From Candidatus Rokuibacteriota bacterium (lineage in GTDB: Bacteria; JAUVQV01; DATDCY01): a stretch of 46,054 bases of DNA. Below, one piece after another: positions 8,273 to 20,805 of the stretch. Made by a program: the position numbers and the translations under genes. Under the pieces are notes generated by a model. It did not search any database. It worked only from the letters and a program-made list of their open reading frames with translations, and was not told the origin of the DNA. The stretch is taken from assembly GCA_031406795.1 (NCBI GenBank), contig JANOHV010000157.1, positions 1-46,054 on the forward strand, read 5' to 3'. The first letter of the stretch is position 1, and the number at the start of each line of letters is the position of its first letter.

Positions 8273-10711
8273 ATGCAGGACTTCGAGAAGCTCGGCGTCT
8301 TTTACCTCGGCAAAGAGTACGACCTCGCGGCGAAAAAGCGCACTGAAAACCTGGTTCTTTACGACTCGCGGGACCTGGTCACCCACGCTGTCTGCGTCGG
8401 CATGACCGGCAGCGGCAAGACCGGCCTGTGCATTTCGCTGCTCGAAGAGGCGGCGATCGACGGGGTGCCGGCGATCGTCATCGATCCCAAGGGCGACCTG
8501 GCGAACCTGATGCTGACTTTCCCCGAGCTGCGCGGCGCGGACTTCCTCCCCTGGGTCAACGAAGAAGAGGCGCGCAAGAAGGGGATCGAGCCGGCGGCGT
8601 ACGCCGAGACCCAGGCCGCGCTCTGGAAAAAGGGGCTCGCGGAGTGGGGCCAGGACGGCAAGCGCATCGGCCAGCTGCGCGCGTCCGCGGAGTTCGCCAT
8701 TTACACGCCTGGCAGCAGCGCGGGCATCCCGCTGTCCATCCTGAAGTCCTTTCAGGCGCCCGAGAAGGTCGTACTCGAGGACGGCGACCTGCGCCGCGAA
8801 CGCGTGGCCACGACCGCGACGAGCCTGCTGGCCCTCGTCGGCGTCGACGCCGACCCCGTGCAGAGCCGCGAGCACATCCTGCTCTCGACGATTCTCGACA
8901 GCGCCTGGCGGCAGGGGCAGGACCTCGACCTCGCCGGGATCATCCAGCAGATCCAGAATCCGCCGGTGCAGCGGATCGGCGTTTTCGACCTGGACTCCTT
9001 CTTCCCGTCGAAGGAGCGCTTCGGGCTCGCGATGACGCTCAACAACCTGCTCGCCTCGCCCGGCTTCTCGGCCTGGCTCGAAGGCGAGCCGCTGGACATC
9101 GGTCGCCTGCTCTGGACGCCCGCGGGCAAGCCGCGCGTGGCAATCGTCTCCATCGCGCACCTCTCGGACGCCGAGCGGATGTTCTTCGTCTCCCTGCTGC
9201 TGACCCAGGTGCTCGGCTGGATGCGGACGCAGTCCGGCACGACGAGCCTGCGCGCGCTGCTCTACATGGACGAGATCTTCGGCTTTTTCCCGCCGGTGGC
9301 CAACCCGCCCTCGAAACCGCCGCTGCTGACGCTGCTCAAGCAGGCGCGCGCCTACGGCCTCGGCGTCGTGCTCGCGACGCAGAACCCGGTGGACCTGGAC
9401 TACAAGGGCCTCGGGAACACCGGCACCTGGCTGCTCGGGCGGCTGCAGACCGAGCGCGACAAGCAGCGCGTGCTCGAGGGGCTCGAGGGCGCCTCCGGCG
9501 GAGCGGCTTTCGACCGCGCCGCGATGGAGCGCACACTCGCGGGCCTCGGCAACCGGGTCTTTCTGATGCACAACGTGCACGAGGACGCCCCGGTGGTCTT
9601 CGAGAGCCGCTGGGCAATGTCGTATCTGCGCGGCCCGCTGACGCGGGTGCAGATCAAACAGCTGATGGCGGAACGGCCGGCCGCGGACGGTTCCCCGCCA
9701 GCGAAGACGGCCGCGGGAACGAGTGCGGGTGCGGCCGCGTCGCTCGCCCCTGAGACTCGCCAGGCCGGCGACGCGGCAACCTCACGGCCCGTCCTCCCGC
9801 CCGACATCCCGCAGTTCTTCGTACGGCCGCGCGCTCCCGTCGACGAACTGGTCTACGAACCAAGAATCCTCGCCATCGGCAGGATCTACTATGCCGACGC
9901 CAGGGCGGGCGTCGCCACCGACGAGGAGTTCGCGGTGCTCGCCGAACCGGCGGCGCGGGTGGACTGGGACGGCGCCGAATCGACCCCGGTGCGCGACGCC
10001 GACCTGGAGCGCATTCCTGCCGAAGGCGACGCCTTCTTCGGGGTCGTGCCGCCCGAGGCCGCGAAGGGGCGCAGCTACCTGGAGTGGGGGAAGGCGTACG
10101 CCGAGTGGCTGTATCGCTCGCGCCGGCTCGAACTTTTCCGCAGCCCCGCCACCGGCGTGGTGTCGAAACCCGGCGAGACGGAGCGCGACTTCCGGATCCG
10201 CCTGCAGACCGCCGCCCGGGAGAAGCGCGACATGGTCGTCGAGAAGGTCCGCCAGAATTACGCGCCCCGCCTCGCGCGCCTCGAGGAGCGCATCCGCACC
10301 GCCGAGGCGGCCGTCGAGCGCGAGAAGTCGCAGTCGACGCAGCAGTCGCTGCAGACCGCGGTCTCGATCGGCGCGACGATACTCGGCGCCTTCCTCGGCC
10401 GCAAGACGATCAGCGCGTCGTCGATCGGTCGCGCCACGACCGCCGTGCGCGGCGCCGGGCGCGTGCTCAAGGAGCGCGATGACGTCGGCCGCGCCGCCGG
10501 GAACGCCCAGGAGCTGGCGGCCGGGCGCGACGAGCTGCAACGGACGCTGGATGACGAAATCGCTCGCGTGCAGGCCGCGGTCGACCCGCTCACCGAGCCG
10601 CTCGAGCGCGTCACGATCGCGCCGAAGAAGAAAGACGTCGCGGTGTCGATGACCGCGCTGGTCTGGGTGCCGTACCGGCGGGACGCCCGCGGCGGCATCG
10701 CGCCGGTGTGA
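8273..10711 (+). CDS. HerA/FtsK-superfamily ATPase (DUF87/DUF853-like) with coiled-coil C-terminus
   Basis: THAVCVGMTGSGKTG, VIDPKGD, LLYMDEIFG, LLKQARAYGLGVVLATQNPVDLDYK. SD GGAGGG before ATG 8273. Confidence 0.8.
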   Translation: MQDFEKLGVFYLGKEYDLAAKKRTENLVLYDSRDLVTHAVCVGMTGSGKTGLCISLLEEAAIDGVPAIVIDPKGDLANLMLTFPELRGADFLPWVNEEEARKKGIEPAAYAETQAALWKKGLAEWGQDGKRIGQLRASAEFAIYTPGSSAGIPLSILKSFQAPEKVVLEDGDLRRERVATTATSLLALVGVDADPVQSREHILLSTILDSAWRQGQDLDLAGIIQQIQNPPVQRIGVFDLDSFFPSKERFGLAMTLNNLLASPGFSAWLEGEPLDIGRLLWTPAGKPRVAIVSIAHLSDAERMFFVSLLLTQVLGWMRTQSGTTSLRALLYMDEIFGFFPPVANPPSKPPLLTLLKQARAYGLGVVLATQNPVDLDYKGLGNTGTWLLGRLQTERDKQRVLEGLEGASGGAAFDRAAMERTLAGLGNRVFLMHNVHEDAPVVFESRWAMSYLRGPLTRVQIKQLMAERPAADGSPPAKTAAGTSAGAAASLAPETRQAGDAATSRPVLPPDIPQFFVRPRAPVDELVYEPRILAIGRIYYADARAGVATDEEFAVLAEPAARVDWDGAESTPVRDADLERIPAEGDAFFGVVPPEAAKGRSYLEWGKAYAEWLYRSRRLELFRSPATGVVSKPGETERDFRIRLQTAAREKRDMVVEKVRQNYAPRLARLEERIRTAEAAVEREKSQSTQQSLQTAVSIGATILGAFLGRKTISASSIGRATTAVRGAGRVLKERDDVGRAAGNAQELAAGRDELQRTLDDEIARVQAAVDPLTEPLERVTIAPKKKDVAVSMTALVWVPYRRDARGGIAPV

Positions 10712-10736
10712 CGAAGCGGAAAGGAGGTGAACAACC

Positions 10737-10844
10737 ATGGCGACTTTCTCCTGTGAGAAGTGCGGCTGCACCAAGGACGGCCGCTGCAAGCCGAAGGCCT
10801 GTCCGAAGTGCGGAGCGGAGGGGACGATGATCAAGAAATCATAG
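10737..10844 (+). CDS. RCKP-type rubredoxin-like small protein (35 aa), absent from the ORF track
   Basis: SD AAGGAGGTG, then MATFSCEKCGCTKDGRCKPKACPKCGAEGTMIKKS with two CxxC knuckles around RCKP. Confidence 0.85.
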   Translation: MATFSCEKCGCTKDGRCKPKACPKCGAEGTMIKKS

Positions 10845-10864
10845 GCGCAACACGCCGCGGGGAA

Positions 10865-10900
10865 CCCGTCGGCGCGCGGCGCCCTTCGCGCGCCGACGGG
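10865..10900 (+). terminator. 14-bp GC hairpin after the RCKP gene (terminator-like, no U-tract)
   Basis: CCCGTCGGCGCGCG-N8-CGCGCGCCGACGGG. Confidence 0.5.
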
Positions 10901-10995
10901 GGGCGTAACACCCGAGATACGCCGGCTCATTCCGGGTGATTGCGGGTTTTGCGTGCGCTTGCGGATTGGCCGCGGGCGATCTATGCTGATTCACC

Positions 10996-13524
<2,529 letters not shown>

Positions 13525-13615
13525 ATGAAGACACCAACCGGGTCTTTCGCCTCTCCCCGCCGGCTGAACGCAAGTCCGGCCCGCGAAGAAATGTGCTCAT
13601 CAAGGAGGTCCGAAC

Positions 13616-15733
13616 GTGCGATCGATGGGTGAACGTCGTCTCCTTCCCGCCGTCCTGGCCGTTCTTGGCGTCGTGGCCGCCGCGGCCGGCTCCAGCCACG
13701 CCGCCGATCCATCCCTGCCCGTGCGCAAGGTCGTCCTGTACAAGCACGGCATGGGCTATCTCGAGCGGCGCGGGAAGGTCACCGGAGACGCCACCGTTTC
13801 GTTCAATTTCCGTGCCGACCAGATGAAGGACCTGCTCACCAGCTTCTACGCGGTGGACCTGGGCGGCGGCACGATCACCTCGGTGCGTTACGACACCGCC
13901 GAACCGCTCGCGCGCCGGCTCCAGGAGATCCTGATCAGGATCCCGGAGTCAGCCGCGCTCAGCCAGTTCTTGCCGCAGCTCAAGGGCGCGCGGATCTCAG
14001 CCAAGGTCTCCGGAGAGGAGTTCGTCGGACGCGTGCTCGGCCTGGAGCCGTTCACCGAATCCTCGGATGGCAACGTCGTACGGCAGGGTCACTTTCTTGT
14101 GATTCTGACTGACGGCGGCGCGATGCGCTCGGCCGATCTCGCCGGCATCGCCGAGCTGGCGATCCTCGACGAGGGGCTGCGCGCCGATGTCGTGCGCCTG
14201 CTGGACCTCGCGCTCGAAGGGCGGCGCGCCGATGCCAAACGCCTCGCGGTCACCGCCTCGGGCAAGGGCGAGCGCGAGCTTCGCGTCGGTTATCTTGTCG
14301 AGATGCCGGTCTGGAAGTGCTCCTACCGCCTGATCCTGGACCCCGAGAACAAGGAGAAGGCGCTGCTGCAGGGTTGGGCGCAGGCCGAAAACACCAGCGG
14401 CGAGGACTGGGAGGACATCGCGGTCTCCTTCGTCGCCGGCAACCCGCTGTCGTTCTCGATGGACATGTACACCCCGCTGTTCGTACCGCGCCCGCAGGTG
14501 CCGGTGCCCGGCCTGCAGAACCTCGCCGTAAACTGGGGAGCGGCGCCGGCGCCCGAGGCGCTGGGCGACGAACAGGGATACCGCAGGCAGATCCCGGCAC
14601 CGGCACCGCTGCGGGCAAACCTCGGCCGGTTGGAGGCGGCCAACGCGCCGGCGACGTTCGCATCCCAGAGCATGGACCAGGTGGCGGGAGCCGCCGCGGA
14701 GGAAGGCAAGGAGTTCGCGGCCGTGATGGAAGCCAGCGGCGGCACGGCGGCGCAGGGCGTCAAGGTCGGCGAACTGTTCAGCTACGAACCGCGCGACCCC
14801 GTCAGCATCCCGCGCGGGCAGGCGGCGCTCGTCCCGATCGTCTCGAAGCGCGTGACCGGACGGCGCGTGCTCGTCTACCAACCCTCCTTCTCGCCGCGGC
14901 CGGTGAACGCCTGGGTCCTTGCGAACGACACCGACCTGACCTTCGAGGCCGGCGCGGTGACGTTTTTCGAGGGAAGCACCTCGCTCGGCGAAGGAATCCT
15001 CGGCCACACGCTGCCACCCGGCGGGCAGGAGGTCGTCCCGTATGCCGTCGATGCCTCGGTCGACGTGACGCCGAAAGTCGCCTCCCGGCAGGAGCCCTAC
15101 ATCCGCGGCAAGATCGCCGACGGCGTGCTGCAGCTGACCCGCGTCGAGGTCCTCGTCAACACCTGGACCCTCGCCAACCGCGGCAAGGAGAAGGCGACGC
15201 TCTGGCTGCACCAGCCCATGAGCCCGTCGTACAAACTCGCCAAGCCCGAGAAACCCCTCAAAGAGGTCGGCGGGAACTATCGCTTCGAAATCGTGCTGGC
15301 CCCGGGGGAGACCAGGGAGTTCACCGTCGAGGAGCGCCGCGATGTCGGCGAGGCGGTGTTTCTGGCGAACGAGGACGAGACGCGGCTGCGCTTCTTCGCG
15401 GCCGGGCCCTATCTCGGCGAGAAGACCCGGCGCTTTCTCGCCGAGATCGGCGAGCTGATGGCGAAGAAGTCGGCCCTGCAGCGGCAGGTCAACGAGGCTC
15501 AGGAGCAGATGCGCCGCCTCGCCGAGGAGGAGGAGCGGCTGCGCCGGAACATCGGCAGCGTGAGCTACAACCAGCCGAAGGAGGCCGAACTGCGCGCCAA
15601 GTGGATGACGGCGCTTTCGCATGCGGAGGACCAGCTGACTGCGCTGCGCGGCCGCGTCGACGAAGCCGGCTCGGAGGTCCGTTCACTCGAGGAGCAGATC
15701 GCGGTGAAGATCCGCGGGTATCGGGAAGAGTGA
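13616..15733 (+). CDS. Secreted DUF4140/DUF4139-family protein with C-terminal coiled coil
   Basis: SD AAGGAGG, GTG start, signal peptide, LPVRKVVLYKHGMGYLER, YLVEMPVWKCSYRL, LQGWAQAENTSGEDW. Confidence 0.75.
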   Translation: MRSMGERRLLPAVLAVLGVVAAAAGSSHAADPSLPVRKVVLYKHGMGYLERRGKVTGDATVSFNFRADQMKDLLTSFYAVDLGGGTITSVRYDTAEPLARRLQEILIRIPESAALSQFLPQLKGARISAKVSGEEFVGRVLGLEPFTESSDGNVVRQGHFLVILTDGGAMRSADLAGIAELAILDEGLRADVVRLLDLALEGRRADAKRLAVTASGKGERELRVGYLVEMPVWKCSYRLILDPENKEKALLQGWAQAENTSGEDWEDIAVSFVAGNPLSFSMDMYTPLFVPRPQVPVPGLQNLAVNWGAAPAPEALGDEQGYRRQIPAPAPLRANLGRLEAANAPATFASQSMDQVAGAAAEEGKEFAAVMEASGGTAAQGVKVGELFSYEPRDPVSIPRGQAALVPIVSKRVTGRRVLVYQPSFSPRPVNAWVLANDTDLTFEAGAVTFFEGSTSLGEGILGHTLPPGGQEVVPYAVDASVDVTPKVASRQEPYIRGKIADGVLQLTRVEVLVNTWTLANRGKEKATLWLHQPMSPSYKLAKPEKPLKEVGGNYRFEIVLAPGETREFTVEERRDVGEAVFLANEDETRLRFFAAGPYLGEKTRRFLAEIGELMAKKSALQRQVNEAQEQMRRLAEEEERLRRNIGSVSYNQPKEAELRAKWMTALSHAEDQLTALRGRVDEAGSEVRSLEEQIAVKIRGYREE

Positions 15734-15737
15734 CGGA

Positions 15738-16735
15738 ATGAAATATCCCGGAACCATCCAGGTCACCGGCACCCCGCTGCGCGCCGAGAGCTTCCGGGTT
15801 CTGCTCAACGAGCACCCGGTGACCCCCCGCAGCCTGACGGGTGCGCGACTGCCCGTTCTCGAAGGCTCGCCCTTCGGGCCGATCTACGGCGAGATCGTCA
15901 TCGTCCCCGCAAGCGCGGCGGATGCCAGGGACGTCGGCATCGAAGTCCGCGTCAAAGGCGTCATGGTCCGCCGCGAACTCTTTGGACTGGAAATGGCGGC
16001 CGGCAAGGACGCGACCCGGGTGCGCGGCGAGATCAACGCCAACTTTCTCCCGGTGACCTCCGATCGCAGCGGATTCATTCTCGACTCCCCCGAGTACGTG
16101 GCCTTCTGCGCGGTAATGAAGCGGGTGACCCATGAGGTGGGACGAGTACTGGCGAAGACCTCCGCCGTCCGGGAGAACCGCCGCTCGGGCAAGGCCGTCA
16201 GGGAGGTCATGCAGCGCATCCACACGGCTCTGGCACGCAACCCCGATTTTTCACCGTTCGGCCCGATTCCCTACGGCGAGAGACAACCAGGGGCCGGTGG
16301 AGCGGCAGCGACGGGCGGAAAGAGCAGCGGCGAGGGGCAGGCGCCTCCCGTGAAATCCCGCCGGCCGCGACGGAAACACCCAAGAAACCGCCCAAGCCAC
16401 CCAAGCCGAGAAAGCACAACCCGCTGCTCAAGCGGCTCACGCCCGATGCCGTCGTCAAGCGCATGCGCTTTGGCAAGATGGCCGTCACCTGCGTCATCGA
16501 CCACTTCGGTGCCGAGGGGCCGGAGGTCTTCAGCGAGGAGAACGCGATCTACCTCAACGCCGACCATCCGCTGTTCGAACGCGAATCCGACCACCCGCGC
16601 TCCTTCACCATGCACGTCGCCCGCCTTTTCGCGCAGGAGATCGCGCTGATGCAGAACCCCCGCAACCCGCGCAAGGCGTTCGAGATGCAGAGCCGGATCC
16701 TGCGGGAGGCATTCCGGGAGGAGCCCCGGCCGTAG
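15738..16735 (+). pseudogene. Probable pseudogene of a GHKL (HATPase_c_3/MORC-like) ATPase family protein; frameshifted and apparently lacking the ATPase domain
   Basis: Frame 1 gives S5-like RVRGEINANFLPVTSDRSGFI. The protein-like sequence continues in another frame from about 16300-16360 (KPRKHNPLLKRLTPDAVVKRMRFG..IYLNADHPLF..) to the stop at 16735. No N-box or G-box motifs. Confidence 0.6.
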
Positions 16736-16864
16736 CGGGGACTTCCCACCGCATTGCATTTCTCCGACAAACCGTGGTGGCCTTCCGGGCAGAGCGCCGT
16801 GGCAGCGGCGCGCCGCTGCCGCACTGGAACGGGTATCCGGGGCGCCTGCTCGCATCCCGGAGTC

Positions 16865-17815
16865 TCAGGGCTTCTTCGGCTCCTGACCCGGCGGGCAGTC
16901 CACCGTCACGTTGCAGCCGTCGTCTTTCTCGTCGCGGAAGAGCTCGAGCGAGCCGGCGCCGAGGAGCCGCGAGGGGTCGATGTTCAGCACCGGCGAGGCG
17001 CGGAAGCACTCGGCGCTGATGTAGGCGAGGATGCGCTTCTCGCCGCGGATGACCGACACGCCCTCAGGGCCGGGCACCAGCAGCACCGGCACCTCTTCGA
17101 TACCGAGCAGCGCCAGCAGTCCGCGATTCACGCCCGGGTCGTAGGAAGCCGCGCGCTCCACCCCCGGCAGGTCGAGACCGGCGATCTGGTCGATCGGATT
17201 GAAGTGGAAGTTGCAGCTGTTGCACGACTCCAGCGTCTTCAGCACCTCGGCGCAGTGGGGGCAGGTCGAAGAGAAGACCAGATAGACCTGCTTCGCGGGG
17301 GCGGCGCAACGCCGCACCCCGTAGGTCCCGCCGTCGAGGGCCCGTCCCCCGGCCGGCGGCTGGATGACCCCGAAACTCAGCACCGAGAAAGCCGCCATCG
17401 ACGAGAAGAAGACCGCGGTCGCCCCGACGGACTGGCGCACCCCGGCGAGCAGGTTGAGCAGCACCACGAGCGCGAAGACCGCGAGACACCAGGAACAGAA
17501 GGCCTTCGCGACAAACATCTGGTAAGAGAAGAGCACTCCCTCCGCGGCGACGGCGCCCAACAGGAGCAGACCGAGGAGCCGCCGCACGACTCGCGAGGCC
17601 GGCGCCCGCCAACCGAGCGCGGCCGCCGTCAGGAAGAAGCAGAGCCCTGCGACATTGATGAAGAGCGGCGGCACGCGCGTCAGCCCCTCGATGACCCGGC
17701 AGCCCTCGTTGAGACAGACGGCTTTGCCGCTGCTCAGGAGCAGCACCGCCTGGATTGCCGAGCCGAGCGCGCCGAGAAACGCGAGGGTGACGGATATTGC
17801 CCGCTTCACGCCCAC
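16865..17815 (-). CDS. Vitamin K epoxide reductase (VKOR) family protein fused to a thioredoxin-like domain
   Basis: Loop pair CLNEGC, several TM helices with FCSWC, then YLVFSSTCPHC and EVPVL (cis-Pro loop). Confidence 0.8.
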   Translation of the reverse strand: MGVKRAISVTLAFLGALGSAIQAVLLLSSGKAVCLNEGCRVIEGLTRVPPLFINVAGLCFFLTAAALGWRAPASRVVRRLLGLLLLGAVAAEGVLFSYQMFVAKAFCSWCLAVFALVVLLNLLAGVRQSVGATAVFFSSMAAFSVLSFGVIQPPAGGRALDGGTYGVRRCAAPAKQVYLVFSSTCPHCAEVLKTLESCNSCNFHFNPIDQIAGLDLPGVERAASYDPGVNRGLLALLGIEEVPVLLVPGPEGVSVIRGEKRILAYISAECFRASPVLNIDPSRLLGAGSLELFRDEKDDGCNVTVDCPPGQEPKKP

Positions 17816-17848
17816 TTCGACACCTGCAGGGGCAGATGGTTCCGCTGA

Positions 17849-18376
17849 CTAGTCACGCTCCCCCTTCTGGCCCACGAAGAAGTCCTTCTTGTCCCGGAAC
17901 AGCACATTGAAGGTCGTCAGGGACCCGTAGACCCGCGTGATGTACTGCTGCAGATCGACCTTCTCGGCGTCCGTCAGCACCTTGTGCGCGTTGATCTGCG
18001 CCTCGAGCACCCGCAGCCGGTCGCGCACCATGATGATCTTGTGAAAGAAGGCCTCGACCGGGACGCTCTTGGACGTCTGAGCCGCGTCCTGCGGTTTGAG
18101 GACGAGTTCGCCGCCCAGCCAGCGCTGGCCCATGGCGATGGCCGGCGCGCCCTCGCGCTCCTGCCGGATGAGCGCGAGCAGCAGCAGGTCGCTGGCTTCC
18201 CGCTCAGCCTCCGATAGCAGCACCAGTTCCACGCTCGGAACCGTCAGCCGCACGCCGCGGCGCGCGAAGAGGACCGCGGCGACCTGGGAGTCGCCGAACC
18301 CCGCCGTGTCCTCCACGACACCGGGGCCTTTCTGCGCGTGCCGGACCAGATCCCCTTTGATCACATCGATGGACAT
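17849..18376 (-). CDS. Conserved hypothetical protein
   Basis: 175 aa, SD GGAGGGGAG, conserved-looking C-terminus FFHKIIMVRDRLRVLEAQINAH..LQQYITRVYGSLTTFNVLF. Confidence 0.75.
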   Translation of the reverse strand: MSIDVIKGDLVRHAQKGPGVVEDTAGFGDSQVAAVLFARRGVRLTVPSVELVLLSEAEREASDLLLLALIRQEREGAPAIAMGQRWLGGELVLKPQDAAQTSKSVPVEAFFHKIIMVRDRLRVLEAQINAHKVLTDAEKVDLQQYITRVYGSLTTFNVLFRDKKDFFVGQKGERD

Positions 18377-18394
18377 GAAACTCCCCTCCCCACG

Positions 18395-18742
18395 CTACGG
18401 GTATTCGGTCGATTTCTTCGCGCTCCCCCGGCACTTCTCGATCGGGTACTTCGCCGCGTTCACGCGGATCTTCGCCTCCACCGCCACCCCCAGGTCGACC
18501 CCGAGCCGGTCGGCAAGCCGCACCGTGTAGATGAAGACGTCGGCGAGCTCCGCCGCCACCTGCTGCTGCACCGTGGGCGGCAGTTCAGTGCTCTGCTGTT
18601 CCGTGAGCCACTGGAAGTGCTCCATCAGCTCCGCCGCCTCCACCGCGAGGGCCATGGCGAGGTTCTTCGGCGCGTGGAACTGCTCCCAGTCGCGCTCGCG
18701 GGCGAAGGCCCGCAGGCGTCCAGCAAGATTATCGATGTCCAT
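18395..18742 (-). CDS. MazG-like nucleotide pyrophosphohydrolase (DCTPP1 type)
   Basis: FARERDWEQFHAPKNLAMALAVEAAELMEHFQW, ELADVFIY, KIRVNAAKYP. Confidence 0.9.
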   Translation of the reverse strand: MDIDNLAGRLRAFARERDWEQFHAPKNLAMALAVEAAELMEHFQWLTEQQSTELPPTVQQQVAAELADVFIYTVRLADRLGVDLGVAVEAKIRVNAAKYPIEKCRGSAKKSTEYP

Positions 18743-18829
18743 GGATCGATAATGTAATCTCTACCAGGGTTTACGGCAAGATGGCGCATGTAGGATCTCG
18801 ATCGACGGAACTCCTGTTAGCTTACGTCC

Positions 18830-18858
18830 TTGACTAAGAAGCGGCAAGTTTCTATCTT
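18830..18858 (+). promoter_or_regulatory. Putative sigma70 promoter for the GNAT-thiolase-GNAT unit
   Basis: TTGACT-N17-TATCTT in an AT-rich intergenic region. Confidence 0.55.
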
Positions 18859-18986
18859 TAACATACATAAAGGACGGCTCTTGAAGGTGTCTCCTGCCCG
18901 CACCGGGCTGTGGGGGGTTGGATTTCGGGAGTCGGCGGACGATGCCGTCCTTGGTAGTCGGGAAACGCCGACTAGGAAGAAGAGCG

Positions 18987-19547
18987 ATGCTGGAAGGACT
19001 TCCCAAGAAGTTGGCGCTCGCAGACGCCAGTGCGCTCATTCTCAGACCCATGACCAAGGACGACGAGAACGACGTGTCGCGGTTCTTCGCCTCCCTCCCC
19101 AAGCAGACAATCCGCTTCCTGCGCAACGACGTGACGAACAGGAAAGTCATCGCCGGGTGGATGCGTGAGCTCAACTACGAGAAGACGCTGCCGATCATCG
19201 CCGAACTCAGCGGGAGGATCGTGGCGACTTTGAGCCTCCACCGGCAGACATTCGGGTGGGGTCGTCACGTCGGCGAAGTGCGGATCGTGGTCGAGCCGTC
19301 GTTCCAGGGGCGGGGCTTGGGCGGGGCTCTGCTGGAAGAGATCAGCCGGATCGGGGCGGGCAGCGGCCTGAGGAAGCTGGTCGCCAGGGTCGTCTCCAAG
19401 CAGGGTGACGTTATCACGGTCTTCGAACGGTCCGGATTTCAGAGAGTCGCGACCCTGGCGAAATTCGTCAAAGACCTCGATCAGCAGTACGCGGATATCG
19501 CAATCATGGTGAAAGACCTTGTTCCCCGAACATCGACGAATGCCTAG
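18987..19547 (+). CDS. GNAT-family N-acetyltransferase
   Basis: ILRPMTKDD, acetyl-CoA motif VVEPSFQGRGLG, FERSGF. Start set at ATG 18987. Confidence 0.85.
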   Translation: MLEGLPKKLALADASALILRPMTKDDENDVSRFFASLPKQTIRFLRNDVTNRKVIAGWMRELNYEKTLPIIAELSGRIVATLSLHRQTFGWGRHVGEVRIVVEPSFQGRGLGGALLEEISRIGAGSGLRKLVARVVSKQGDVITVFERSGFQRVATLAKFVKDLDQQYADIAIMVKDLVPRTSTNA

Positions 19548-20751
19548 AGACGGCTCCGTGCGCGATGTCGTGATCGCCAGCGGTGTGCGCACCGCCATCG
19601 GCAGCTTTGGGGGAACGCTGAAGGACGTGCCCGCCGTCGATCTTGGGGGCATCGTGATCAGAGAGGTTCTCAAGCGCGCGAGGGTGGGCCCCGACAAGGT
19701 CGACTTCGTGGTCATGGGGAATGTGCTCCAGGCGGGTTTGGGGCAGAACCCGGCGCGACAGGCGGCCATCAACGGCGGAGTTCCCCAGAACGTCCCGTCG
19801 ATGACGGTGAACGTGGTCTGCGGCTCCGGCATGGAGGCGGTCATCACGGCGGCGCAAAAGATCAAGGCCGGCGACGCCGAAATCGTTGTTGCCGGCGGCA
19901 TGGAGAACATGAGCCAGGCCCCGTACGTCATGACCCAATCGCGCTGGGGCCAGCGGATGGGGCACGGCCAGTTGTTCGACGTCATGATCCGCGACGGGCT
20001 CTGGTGCGCCTTCAGCGACATGCACATGGGCGTTACCGCCGAGAACGTGGCGAAGAAGTTCTCCCTCAGCCGCGAGGACCAGGACGCGTACGCGACGGCG
20101 AGCCAGACGAAGGCGGAAATGGCGATCACCTCAGGCCGTTTCAAGGACGAGATCGTCCCGGTGCCGGTGCCGCAGAAGAAGGGCGCGCCGCTCATCTTCG
20201 ACACCGACGAGTATCCCAGGTTCGGGACGACGGCGGACATATTGGCGAAGCTCAAGCCCGCCTTCGACAAGAGCGGGACCGTCACCGCGGGGAACTCCTC
20301 GGGGGTGAACGACGGCGCCGCGGCGCTGCTCCTCATGTCGGCGGACAAGGCGTACAAGATGGGAATCCGCCCCCTGGCCAAAATCGTCGCCTACGACAGC
20401 CGGGGCTGCGAGCCCGAGTTGATGGGGATCGGTCCCATTTTCGCCGTCCAGAGCGCCATCGCCAAGGTAAAATCCGGGTTGGACAAGGAGATCGACCTCG
20501 TGGAGTTCAACGAGGCTTTTGCCGCCCAGGCGATGGCCTGCCAGGCTGCGCTGCACATCAACCCCGACCGGATCAACGTCAACGGCGGTGCGATCGCCCT
20601 GGGGCACCCGATCGGCAGCAGCGGTTCGCGGGTGCTGGTGACGCTGCTTTACGAGATGAAGAAGCGAAACGTCGAAATCGGACTGGCCGCCCTGTGCGTC
20701 GGCGGCGGCATGGGTTTGGCGACGATCGTGGAGCGGAGATGGTATTTCTGA
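19540..20751 (+). CDS. Acetyl-CoA C-acetyltransferase (thiolase II)
   Basis: GQNPARQA, NVVCGSG, NEAFA, NGGAIALGHPIG, ALCVGGGMG. Confidence 0.95.
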   Translation: MPRDGSVRDVVIASGVRTAIGSFGGTLKDVPAVDLGGIVIREVLKRARVGPDKVDFVVMGNVLQAGLGQNPARQAAINGGVPQNVPSMTVNVVCGSGMEAVITAAQKIKAGDAEIVVAGGMENMSQAPYVMTQSRWGQRMGHGQLFDVMIRDGLWCAFSDMHMGVTAENVAKKFSLSREDQDAYATASQTKAEMAITSGRFKDEIVPVPVPQKKGAPLIFDTDEYPRFGTTADILAKLKPAFDKSGTVTAGNSSGVNDGAAALLLMSADKAYKMGIRPLAKIVAYDSRGCEPELMGIGPIFAVQSAIAKVKSGLDKEIDLVEFNEAFAAQAMACQAALHINPDRINVNGGAIALGHPIGSSGSRVLVTLLYEMKKRNVEIGLAALCVGGGMGLATIVERRWYF

Positions 20752-20805
20752 TGCTCCACCTCGCGGTCGCGCCGCGATCGCGTCCGGGTCAGCCGGGAGG
20801 CGGCA

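Noticed and set aside
8273-10711. HerA-like ATPase as an anti-phage or conjugation system
   Set aside because: No adjacent Sir2, nuclease, relaxase or T4SS gene.
16801-16820. Perfect 20-bp palindrome GGCAGCGGCGCGCCGCTGCC between convergent genes
   Set aside because: Single, almost entirely G/C, no U-tract; at most a terminator-like hairpin.
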